NCBI GenBank assembly: GCA_018818405.1
Contig: JAHIRY010000038.1
Coordinates: 35,449 to 99,448, forward strand
Source of the DNA: Patescibacteria group bacterium
Lineage (GTDB): Bacteria; Patescibacteriota; Patescibacteriia; UBA11705; JABHMO01
DNA: 64,000 nt
Direction: 5' to 3'
Notes under the pieces: generated by a model
The model's input: the letters and a program-made list of their open reading frames with translations, nothing else
The model's database searches: none
What the model was told of the DNA's origin: nothing
Shown here: piece after piece, positions 44,155 through 54,400 of the stretch
How the letters are laid out: the number at the start of each line of letters is the position of its first letter
How positions within the stretch are numbered: position 1 is the stretch's first letter
Program-made: the position numbers and the translations under genes

Positions 44155-45405
44155 TTATGAAATCAAATGCTTGAACCAATTTTTTATTTTGTCGGAAGTT
44201 TCTCTGACTGACATGAATTTATTGGAAAAATTAAATCGTCCGCCGCCTTTTTCATTCAACACATTATATCCCCACATCACCAGGCCCAAGGCCGTTGCGA
44301 ATGACAAATCATTCACCTTGTCAACCGCGGTATTGAATCTTCGGCTCACGCCGAGAGAAACCGGCAGCATTGATTTCTTTTTGCCCACTTCTATAATTCC
44401 GGGCAATTTCGCTCCGCCTCCGATCAACATTATCCCGGCAGGCAAGAGTCCGCTGCGATTTATTTTCTGCAATTCTCCGTCTATTTTTTCAAAAATCTCT
44501 TCTGTTCTCGCTTCAATTATTTCAGCAATATATTTTTTTGAAAAAGTTTGATCATCGCCGCCGAAATCGCGCAGATTTATTTCCACTCCCTTGTCAAAAA
44601 CACCGGGGATTGAATGCCCGACTTCCAATTTGATGCGCTCGGCAACATCAAGCGATGTCTGAAGTCCGATCGCCAGATCAGCTGTAATATGATCCGAACC
44701 AAGCGGCAAAACCGCGACATGAATCACATCGCCTTCTTCAAAAACGATTATTTTTGTTGTTGACGCTCCGATATCAACCAATGCAACGCCCAATTCTCGC
44801 TGTCGGACAGAAAGAACCGCTTCCGCTGCCGCCAAAAAAGACAGCACCAAATCATTGATATCCAAACCGGTGCGATAAATTCCTTTTGTTAAATTTTTAA
44901 TATGAGAGCTGAGTCCGCGCACTACCTGAGTGGATACTTCCAGCCGAATTCCCGACATTCCGATGGGATCTTTGATACCGATCTGATTGTCAATGGAAAA
45001 AGTCTTTGGAATTACATGCAAAACTTCATAATTTACCGGAGCCGCCACCGAGCGCGCGGCTTCTATTACTCTCTCAACGTCATTTTCCTGAATTTCTCCG
45101 CTGGTTCTGGAAATCGCGATCACGCCATTGCTTTCCTGAGAATTGATATGAGTTCCTCCCAATCCGACCCAAGCATTTTCAATCGGAAGGCCGATCATTC
45201 GTTCGGCTTTTTCCAAACAAGCGGAAATACTGGAAACCGCGTCTTCAATACTAACAACCGAGCCTTTGTTCAGGCCGGCTGACGGGACTTCCACCACGCC
45301 AATGATATTCAATTGTTCGGCTTCACTGTTCTTTGTGATTTGCCCTACCACTATACGAACATTGGCAGAGCCAACATCCAAGCCGGTTATTATATGTTCT
45401 GCCAT
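44155..45405 (-). CDS. ftsA: cell division protein FtsA
   Basis: actin-fold ITGLDVGS start; adjacent to ftsZ. Confidence 0.9.
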   Translation of the reverse strand: MAEHIITGLDVGSANVRIVVGQITKNSEAEQLNIIGVVEVPSAGLNKGSVVSIEDAVSSISACLEKAERMIGLPIENAWVGLGGTHINSQESNGVIAISRTSGEIQENDVERVIEAARSVAAPVNYEVLHVIPKTFSIDNQIGIKDPIGMSGIRLEVSTQVVRGLSSHIKNLTKGIYRTGLDINDLVLSFLAAAEAVLSVRQRELGVALVDIGASTTKIIVFEEGDVIHVAVLPLGSDHITADLAIGLQTSLDVAERIKLEVGHSIPGVFDKGVEINLRDFGGDDQTFSKKYIAEIIEARTEEIFEKIDGELQKINRSGLLPAGIMLIGGGAKLPGIIEVGKKKSMLPVSLGVSRRFNTAVDKVNDLSFATALGLVMWGYNVLNEKGGGRFNFSNKFMSVRETSDKIKNWFKHLIS

Positions 45406-45596
45406 AAATAATGAATGTACAAAACTAATAGTAAAAACTATCTTTTTGTCGTTTTTTTGTTTTATTTTTGTTTTTTATCATGAATCCCGCTCGATCGCGA
45501 GCTGGATGCTAATACCAGTATAGAATAATTTTTAAAAAACTCCAACTAACAAATTTATTCACATGAACAAAAAGTTATGTGAATTCGAGCAATTTT

Positions 45597-45956
45597 CTAG
45601 TTCAAAAAATACGGAACAAATATAAGCAAAGCAATCGCCGCGCTCGCCATTGCGGAAACCAGAACAACCGCTGACATAATATCCTTTATTTCTCCTACAT
45701 ATTCATGCAGTCGAGGCTTGAACATATCCACAAGCCGTTCAAATGCGGTGTTTAACATTTCCAGAATAATCACTGCCGCGATCATCAAAATTATCAGGCA
45801 CCATTGCCACAACTTTATCTGCAAATACACTGACAAAAAAACCACAACCATGGTCGCAATCAATTGAAGACGGAAATTCTGTTCCTTTTTCACCAAAAAA
45901 GAAAAACCTCGGAAAGCGAACTTAAAACTCCGCGCCAATCGCTTTAAATTAATCAT
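45597..45956 (-). CDS. dgkA: diacylglycerol/undecaprenol kinase, DgkA family
   Basis: ILEMLNTAFERLVD and KDIMSAVVL match the DgkA core; 3 TM; overlaps ybeY by 8 nt. Confidence 0.75.
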   Translation of the reverse strand: MINLKRLARSFKFAFRGFSFLVKKEQNFRLQLIATMVVVFLSVYLQIKLWQWCLIILMIAAVIILEMLNTAFERLVDMFKPRLHEYVGEIKDIMSAVVLVSAMASAAIALLIFVPYFLN

Positions 45957-46371
45957 AAAATAATTTTAATATTTTTTTCTCCAGCGCTTCCATTTTTTCA
46001 GCTTCCGTCTCTTTTTCATGATCATAACCGAGCAAATGCAGATAACCGTGAAGCGCCAATCGCGCCAATTCATCGGTCAATCCGTTTTCAGCCTGGCGTT
46101 TTGCCCGGCTCGGACTGATAATAATCTCGCCCAGCGGTTCTTCCGGCAATTCAGCGCTCGGCTCTCCGCAAAAAGACAAAACATCGGTCGCCTTGTCTTT
46201 CTTCCTGTAAATGCGATTCAACTTCTTGATCTGATAATCGGAAACCAACGCAAGAGAGATCAACTGTTTCTTGTTAATTTTCAATAATTTTTGCGCTAAA
46301 CTCAATAAATCATTCAATTGCTTTTTCGGCGCTCTAAATTTTGTCTGATTATTTATTTCCAGTATTATCAT
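45949..46371 (-). CDS. ybeY: rRNA maturation endoribonuclease YbeY
   Basis: HGYLHLLGYDHE zinc motif. Confidence 0.85.
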   Translation of the reverse strand: MIILEINNQTKFRAPKKQLNDLLSLAQKLLKINKKQLISLALVSDYQIKKLNRIYRKKDKATDVLSFCGEPSAELPEEPLGEIIISPSRAKRQAENGLTDELARLALHGYLHLLGYDHEKETEAEKMEALEKKILKLFYD

Positions 46372-46397
46372 AATTCATCAGTCTTTCGGCAATAATA

Positions 46398-47486
46398 TTA
46401 TTTCGTCAAAAATTGAAAACTGTTTACAATCATGCCAAACAATGCCGGAAAATCAGCTGTTTCCTTCAGACCGATATTATAATTGATAATGTAAACTGTG
46501 TCCTCTTTTGCCAGATAAACGGTAAAAGCATCCGGACTTTCGATCACTGTCAATTTTTCAGTTGTGGTATAGGATTTCAAATCGGATTTGTTTACATCCG
46601 GAGCTTTTTCCAGATACCAATCTTCCAGACTTTGCTCCGGCGCTTTTTCCGACATCAGAACATTTACAAATTCATTGCGCGCTGAAGTGATCATAACATC
46701 TCGACCGGCTTCATCCACAGCATTCAAAAGCCATGTGGACGGATACAAGAGACTATAACCCCATTGTTCATTTGTATATAATTTCACAAAATCTTTTTCC
46801 GACAACATGACAGCTGTCGCGTCAATCGGGCTGTAAAGATTTTTCAATTCACCTCCATCCGGATAACCATCGCCGTCAGTGTCTGACAATCCCGCGTTAG
46901 TTCCGATTAAATTTTCCTCAACATCAGTCAATCCGTCTTTGTCAGTATCAAGACTGCCAACCATGGAAAGAGCTGTTTGGCGAATTTTAGATGGATCAAA
47001 TGCTTCTATTTCCGGAATTTCCTCTTCCGCAACTTCAGTTTCAACTACCGGAATCTCCGTAATTGCGACTTCCTCTTCCGGAACAACAGGAACTTCAACT
47101 GCCGGCGCGGCCGGCGCTTCGCCCAACTGCGGAGTCACTGCCGGAGCCGGTGTTTGCATGCTTTGATACAAGAGCCAGGCAGAACCGGCGACAAGCACAA
47201 CCAAAATTATTATCACAATGATTGTCAATCCTTTTTTACCGCCCTTCTTTTCTCCGGCCGGAGCGGCAACATTTCCCGAAACGCCGGCAGATGTTTTTAC
47301 TCCTTGATAATATTCCATTGGCATGGTGTGAATAACTTCCGCGCCAACAGGTTCAGCGGTTTTAACAGGAGCGCTCGCTTCCATCGGTTGAGCCGGTGCA
47401 ACGGGCGGCGGAGGCGCGGCAACTTGCGGTGCCGGAACTGCGGCCGGCGTCGGTTGATTTTGTTTTGGTGTCAAATCATCGAACAT
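46398..47486 (-). CDS. membrane protein: P/A-rich N-terminus, single TM, thrombospondin-type-3 repeats (ORF to 47516; start taken at MFDD)
   Basis: DTDKDGLTDVEE, DTDGDGYPDGGE; paralog of 47694, which also starts MFDD. Confidence 0.65.
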   Translation of the reverse strand: MFDDLTPKQNQPTPAAVPAPQVAAPPPPVAPAQPMEASAPVKTAEPVGAEVIHTMPMEYYQGVKTSAGVSGNVAAPAGEKKGGKKGLTIIVIIILVVLVAGSAWLLYQSMQTPAPAVTPQLGEAPAAPAVEVPVVPEEEVAITEIPVVETEVAEEEIPEIEAFDPSKIRQTALSMVGSLDTDKDGLTDVEENLIGTNAGLSDTDGDGYPDGGELKNLYSPIDATAVMLSEKDFVKLYTNEQWGYSLLYPSTWLLNAVDEAGRDVMITSARNEFVNVLMSEKAPEQSLEDWYLEKAPDVNKSDLKSYTTTEKLTVIESPDAFTVYLAKEDTVYIINYNIGLKETADFPALFGMIVNSFQFLTK

Positions 47487-47526
47487 ACAATATTTAAAAT
47501 AAAAATTAATTCGCAATGAATTTTTA

Positions 47527-47669
47527 TCGTTTCATGGCGGTGTAGAGACGCATTGCAATGCGTCGCTACATCGCCATGAAGCGATGACGGCGGCGTGTGT
47601 TTTGTCGCGACAATATACGGCGCGGCGGTAAGTAGCGGCGGGTCTAGACCCGCCGCTACTTACCGCCGC
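47527..47669. repeat. GC-rich nested palindromes: a 9-bp outer stem enclosing an 18-bp perfect palindrome, plus a separate 48-bp perfect palindrome
   Basis: TTCATGGCG...GACGCATTGCAATGCGTC...CGCCATGAA; GCGGCGGTAAGTAGCGGCGGGTCT|AGACCCGCCGCTACTTACCGCCGC. Confidence 0.85.
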
Positions 47670-47693
47670 TACACATTTTCAAAAAATAAACAA

Positions 47694-48464
47694 TTACAAT
47701 TTCCCCGGACCATTCGGATTATAACCGCCGTCCACCTCGTCGCCATCGCTGTAAGTATCTTTGTCAGTATCAGGATCCAGCGGATTTGTTTTGTGAACTT
47801 TTACTTCATCATAATCAGACAAACCGTCTCCGTCAGTATCAACAACTTTTTCATCTGTTTTCAATTCCATTTCTTCAGCATCAGTCAGTCCGTCTCCGTC
47901 AGTATCAAGACTATCATTGGTCGGCGCAACATTCGCCTCCACCGGTTTTGGAATTTCAACCGCAGGCGTCGGAGTCGGCTTTGCGGGCGCCGGTTCTATT
48001 GTTTCTTTTATAACTTGCACATTTTGATCGACAATGACAAAAGGATTTTTTTCTCCTTCCAAGCGCGCCGATATAAATCCATACAAAACATAACCCGAAG
48101 CGCCGAGCAATATTAAAAGCAATACAAGCACGGCAATCCATTTCACTTTTCCGGGACTTGACGGCGCGGGCATTGCCGGCTGAGTCGGCATATTTGCCGC
48201 TGGCGGAGAAACCGGAGCCGACGGTTTAATGTTTTCATAAATATCAACAACTTTTTGTTCGCCTGTCGGTGCCGGGTTCAATGGTTGTTGCATCGGAGCC
48301 GAAACATTCGGCGCGGGCGCAACCGGCGGAGGCGTTGGAACCGCGGGTTGCGGTACGGAAGCTGGAACCATTGGTTGAGGAGCCGGAGCCGGCGGAGTTG
48401 TTGATTGCGGAGCCGGAACAGCTGGCTGAGTCGGCGCACTTGATTGCGATTGATCATCAAACAT
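47694..48464 (-). CDS. membrane protein with P-rich N-terminus, TM helix and thrombospondin-type-3 repeats
   Basis: DTDGDGLTDAEE, DTDGDGLSDYDE, DPDTDKDTYSDGDE. Confidence 0.65.
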   Translation of the reverse strand: MFDDQSQSSAPTQPAVPAPQSTTPPAPAPQPMVPASVPQPAVPTPPPVAPAPNVSAPMQQPLNPAPTGEQKVVDIYENIKPSAPVSPPAANMPTQPAMPAPSSPGKVKWIAVLVLLLILLGASGYVLYGFISARLEGEKNPFVIVDQNVQVIKETIEPAPAKPTPTPAVEIPKPVEANVAPTNDSLDTDGDGLTDAEEMELKTDEKVVDTDGDGLSDYDEVKVHKTNPLDPDTDKDTYSDGDEVDGGYNPNGPGKL

Positions 48465-48488
48465 AATATTTTTCTATTATCGATTTAA

Positions 48489-51400
48489 TTATTTACACAC
48501 AGGGAAAGCAAGCCCCGGCACAACACTGTAATTGTAAGTATAACCGTCGGAGTTTGTTTCCAATCGATATTTCAATTCATAACAATTTTGCAAGCCTGAA
48601 GCGGAAGCTTTGTATGAATAAACCGGATGATCGGTTTCATGCCCGGCGTAAATATTGGCAAAAAGCTGATTACTGCTATTATAACATGTTTCGCCGTTAT
48701 AGCCTTGGGCGCAGTTGACGCAGGCAAATCCCGGAACAGCGCATTGATAACTCAAATCCGGACATTTCAAAATCGGAGTTTCGTCCTCGACCGAGCAAAT
48801 TTCACCGGTATAATCGCCGCTCTCCGCCGGTGTTTCCCATTTGAAATGATTCTCCGGATCTCTCGGCAATTCCGCGCCGAGTTCCCGACCCAATTCTCCC
48901 TGCCATGACGGCCAAACGCTGAATGTTTGTCCGCGGACATAAGATCCCGATTCGAGCATTGGGACTTTATTTCCATGAGCATTCTTGTAATTTTCCAGAT
49001 AAATTCTCATCAAAACCATGTCGCTGATTCTCTTTGTATCGCGAATGATTTGCGATTTGTCCGGATCAGAGCTCGCGTCGCGGTTCAGATTGAACTTGAT
49101 GTATTTCACCATTTGGCTGTAAATGTTCATTGTTTCCGCGCCGGAATTTCGGGAATAACCCAGCAAATAAATATTATTGTAAACCGTCTTGTTAGCGGAA
49201 ATATTGGCCGCTGAAATATAAATGCTCGAACCGTCCTGCGCCGCAGCATAACAATTTCCCTGAAGATCGCAATCCACTTCCACTTTTGAAGTGCTCGCAG
49301 CCGGATTCGGCGCATAATTCTGATACCACACATCAGGCGGCAATGCTTCCGGATTTTCATAAATTCTGAGAGAAATAACATCAGCTGACGGAATTCCGTC
49401 CGGAGTGAAGAAATATTGCGCCAAGAGTTTCGGCTCCTCAGCCGGATCATCGGCGGAAACGCATTTTTTGTCATCCGGAAAATCAATCAATCCGTTTCGA
49501 TCATTGTCAATTCCGTCTCTGCATTGATTCTCGGATTGAAGACGCACTTGCTCTGCCGCCGCTCCCACATCCGAGCCGAATTGGCTGAACAGATTTACAT
49601 AATTAAATGAACCGCCAGAACAATGATCATCTCCGGTACAAACGCCGATCGCGTTTTGCTGATCATCGGAATTTTTCAAATTATGTTCAAAATCAAGATG
49701 AACAATCAAATTCGGATCATTCTGATCAGTTAAAACATATTGATTTGCAATTATCTCTCCGGTTGTTCTTGCCGTTTTCCAAATTCTAAAATCTTCCAAA
49801 TACCCGTTCAAGCCTCTATCCGGAGTTCCAAAAGATGAACCCACATAAATATCTTTATTCTGAGAAACGCCAGCTACAGGAAAGCTGGAAGCAGCAAAAT
49901 TGCTTCTTTCTCCATCAATAAAAATCTGATACTGCAATCCTCCCGGATGTTCTCCGTCATAAACGACCGAAATTGCATGATACCCTGCAGAAACCGATTG
50001 CGTTGTCTGCAATTTGATGGAATTTAACTGACCATATCTCAGATTCCAATAAACTTTGTTTACCAATCGACCATTTTCCTGAATCGGAAACAAACCAATC
50101 AAAATCTGCGGACATCCTCCGGGAACGGCAGCTTCACAATTGAGATTTTTCGTAAAAATCGGTTGAAACACTTGCCCCGACGGCTCCGGCACATATATCA
50201 GTGATTCAATAGTCCACGGTTTGCTGAAATCTGAAAAGTCCAATTTATTTTGCAAAGCGTCGGTATATGGAATTCGCAATTTATCGTTTTGATCAAATTT
50301 AATGGCAAATCTGTTCGGCGGGATTGCCACTGCCGGCGATTCTTTCAATTTCGGCAGATCATCCGTCGTGTCATTTCCTTCGCCGAAATCGCGGCAGTAG
50401 AAGAGACCGACATTATATTCTTTTTCATTCAGATGAACCGGTACTTTTGTTCCCGTTCCGGTTTCATATTCCAACAAATCCCATTTATCCTCTTCAAAAT
50501 GTTCCGGCGACCATGGATTCTCGCAAATCATCATTTCTATTGTTGCCGCGCCTTCGACAAATGCTCCGGTCGAATCAGCGGAATTAACATCAGCGCAAAC
50601 GCAATTTTCCGCGCCTTCCGCACAGGCGACCGCCGGATCCTGCGTCGCGTCGCGGCATACGCGGCGAATCTCGCCCAGAAAACCGCCTTGGTCAAGGCCC
50701 AATTTGTCAACCGTTATCACCGCTTTCGCGTGAATCTGAGTTTCTCCGTTTTTCGCCGTTGTTGTCACTTTAACCTCGTTTTTATTCTTTTTATCAGATC
50801 CGTTCTGCACAACATTGCAAACTTCCTCATCCTGTCCTTCCACCGCTTCCATCGAACAAATTTTCCCGACAATGGAAGAATCATCGGTTCTCCATTCCCA
50901 GCGCCAATCATAAACTCCGGGAATTGCCTGAATCAAATTTCCTTTGCTCTTGGCGATTGCCCTGTAATCTTCCACATGATCCTGATCGAGAATCAATCGG
51001 TAATCAGGATCCAGACTCACCTGATCGAGCTTGCAAACTTCATTGCCGGTTGAAAATTGAGTGGTGAATTGTCCCAAAACATCGCCGCAAATATTGGTCA
51101 TGTCATCCATTACAACCAAGATTTGTTTTCCGGCGGGCAGAGCTTGTTTCGGAGTAATCATAATGGCGGTTCTTCTGTCAGCCGGATTTTGCTCGCCCGT
51201 GCTCTCAACCGAAACATTATCTATCTCAATACGGCACAAATAAGCTTCCTGCGCAAATGTCACTTTTGCCAATAAATTCTTCAGCGCCAATTTCAATCTC
51301 TGGAAAAATCCCATGGCAGTCTCCGCCGGACATGCCTCTGCGCTCAAATAAAATAATTTTATATTTGTTGAAATATTTTGCTCTCCGATTTTCTTGTTGA

Positions 51401-54400
51401 ACGGAATATAAATCAATGCATTCCGGCAAACACCCGCCGAATTTCTAGCCGGAACTATGTTATTCACATCCATGCGAATATCCGGAGACACGCATTGTCT
51501 GTCGCGAAAAGTCAATTCCGTTGTTCCTGTTTTTGAAATCGGATTATCGCCCGTTTCAGTGCCGGTGGCGCTGATATCGGTGCTGTCCTGCGCATAATGC
51601 TTTTCCGGATCATACAAATTCAGAATATCAATATTGCCGACAACCGTTGCCGACTGATACGGACTCTGACCGATGGACTGACCGCCCGGCTCGCATTGAT
51701 CATCCTCTCCGCTTCCAACAATTCCATCTCCGCAGGCAGAGCCGGCTTCAACCGATGAACCTTGATTCAGACATTTTCCATTGCAATATGAAGGAAATCG
51801 ACAGACGCATCCCTGATCAACGCCATAGACGCAACCGGAACCATCGGCTTTTTTGCATTCTGACTCGCATTCTTCATTTCCATCAATCGTTCCATTTCCG
51901 CAACAATTCTCCGTCACCGCGCCGATACAGCTCGTAAATCCTCTCCACAAACATCTTTCATTGCAATCCGGATTGTCAGCCAATGAACAGACACAGCCCT
52001 GAACTCCGTAAGCGCAAGCTGAATTATTGGCGTTTTTACAAATGGCTTCGCATTCTTCTCCGCCTTCCAGCTCTCCGTTGCCGCAGAGCGCTGACGCCGC
52101 CGGCTCTCCTTTTTTATATTTTGAACCTTCATTTAAACATTTGTTCGAACAACCGTCTCCATTGGAAGTATTGCCGTCATCGCAATCTTCGCCTTCTTCC
52201 ACTATTCCATTGCCGCAGACAAATCCGGCAGCGGTTCCCGCTTTCAAACAACCGGCAGTGCAAGCAGGATCCTTTGCCACGCAAACGCAACCTGCATCTT
52301 CATCTTCCGGGTCGCAGGCTTCGCCATCTTTCAAGAATTGACAAGCGAAATCGCATTCTTCCGTATATGCAATATCTTCGATCGAATAAGTTCCGTCTTC
52401 CCTGCCGTTGCCGCAACATTTTTCATTTTCCGCTCCGGTGCAAAGATTCGGCACCGCCTCGCGCAAACAGTTGGCGGAACAACCGTCTCCATTGGCAATG
52501 TTATCAATTACATCGCATTCTTCACCGCTTTCCCTGATCCCGTTTCCGCAAACCGATGCCAAAGAACCGCTGCCTCTGGACAAACATTTGTCAGTGCAAA
52601 ATTCCGGCAACCCCAAATGATAAAGCGTATCGGAAATTGTCGCCACATTCGGCTTGCCGCTCATCCATGCCCAAGTATAATCATATTGATTCAAAATCTG
52701 TCCCTCCGGATCGCAAGCATCCGGCGCGCTCCTCGGCAGAGCTGAATATGAGATTCTCTGTTCCTTCGTCTCGCTGAGATAACTCTGAGGCATGACTGAA
52801 ACCGAATTGATCCGGCATTTCTCTTCTGTATTTTTTGTTTTGAAAACCCAGCTGAACGAGTCCGTTGTTCCTTGTTCCGCTAGCGCGGTGCTGTAATTCA
52901 AACCTGTCAGATCGACTCCGCTCGCACTCTGAGTATTTCCGGAGATTACCACTCGATAAAATTTGTTCGGCAGTAATTCGTTGCTCGGATTTACAGTCAA
53001 TCGGTTGGTCAGTTTTCCCTCTGCGTCCAATTCGAATTGATAATTCGGAATACTTCCCGCCAAATCAACTTCATCAAAAGTGACGCAATCGGCGCCCGCT
53101 CTGCAGGCAAACAATTTAACATTATCCGTATTCAAGGTTTCAGACCCGTCGACAGCAACATTAATCAAACTTGAAGATTTCATCTGAATATTGAAATCAG
53201 CGCCAAAACCGGCATTAATGCACGCTTCATCGCAAGCCGGAAAATATGAAACCACTTTCGGATCAGCGAATTTTATTTCCAGTTGCGCGTCCTTTGAAAC
53301 ATTGCCGGCAGTACGGAAAATCATTGAATCGGTCGCGATGGTTGCGTATGCTCGCACTCCGACAAGTTCATCAACGGTTGTTTCCAAATTTACCGGATTC
53401 GCTTTTGCCTCGGCTGACAATCCGAAAATTCCAATATCTTTTCGCAATCCATCTTCATCGAATGCGTTTCTCTGGAATGAAACTCGCTCGCTGTTCTCCC
53501 GCGGATCATTCGCCGTCCAGCGCCAATTTTCATCCATTAGCGAAATATCCTGGCACTGATATTGTCCGGAAACCATGAAAGATTCCGTGTCATCCAGTGA
53601 ATCAATCAAACCTTTGATCGGCTTCATCAACAATGTATCGGCAGAACACAATTCCGGCAAAGTTCTGAATTGCCATGAATAATCTCTGGGCATGAATTCT
53701 CCTTTTTCTGTCGCAATACCGTCCGCGCCTCCTTTTATTTCAACTTTATACAATGTATTTTTGAACAAATTGGCGTAAAATCTTGGACCCTCCGCTATCG
53801 GAGCCGCTCCGCCCTTAAACAAAGACTTATTCAAAGTTCTGGCCAAATGAAATTCAGTCAACTGTTTTCCGGAAACTTCACACTCGCAATTCGGCGTTCC
53901 GGCGGCGCAAGAACTTCCGTTTCTGAGACAAACGGCAGATTCATTGGTCGTGCCGATATCATTCGGATCAATCGCCCCGACCGGCTGAGTAATGCAATTC
54001 TCTTCGCACTTGTCCAGATCGCATTGGCCGAGATCAACGGTGCAAGTGCAGGCAGCGGAAGTTTCAACGCATTCTTCACTTTTATTTTCCTCGCATCTCA
54101 GCGTACGCAGAGGATACTCGCATTTTTTTATCGTAATATTATTATTCAATGTCGCTGAATTGATAATCATGTTAAAAGTTCCGGAAATCATTCCATTCGG
54201 ACAAGCGTCAATAGAACCTCTGAACGGCGAAGGCGATTGCGGCAAATATCCGCGAGTGCAGGATCGCTCCAATATTTTCGGGACTTTCGGCAAGGAGCCG
54301 GTGCTCACAATCCAGGCAAACTCAGAATCAGCGCCCTCTGCCGGAGCAACGCATCCGTCTGCAAGGTTTGCGCAAATTCCGGTTGCGCAACATATTCTTC

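Noticed and set aside
45406-45596. Possible regulatory palindromes upstream of ftsA (ATTCACAT...ATGTGAAT, CGATCG core)
   Set aside because: These are short 8-bp inverted repeats in AT-rich DNA, not beyond chance expectation, with no recurrence elsewhere in the window.
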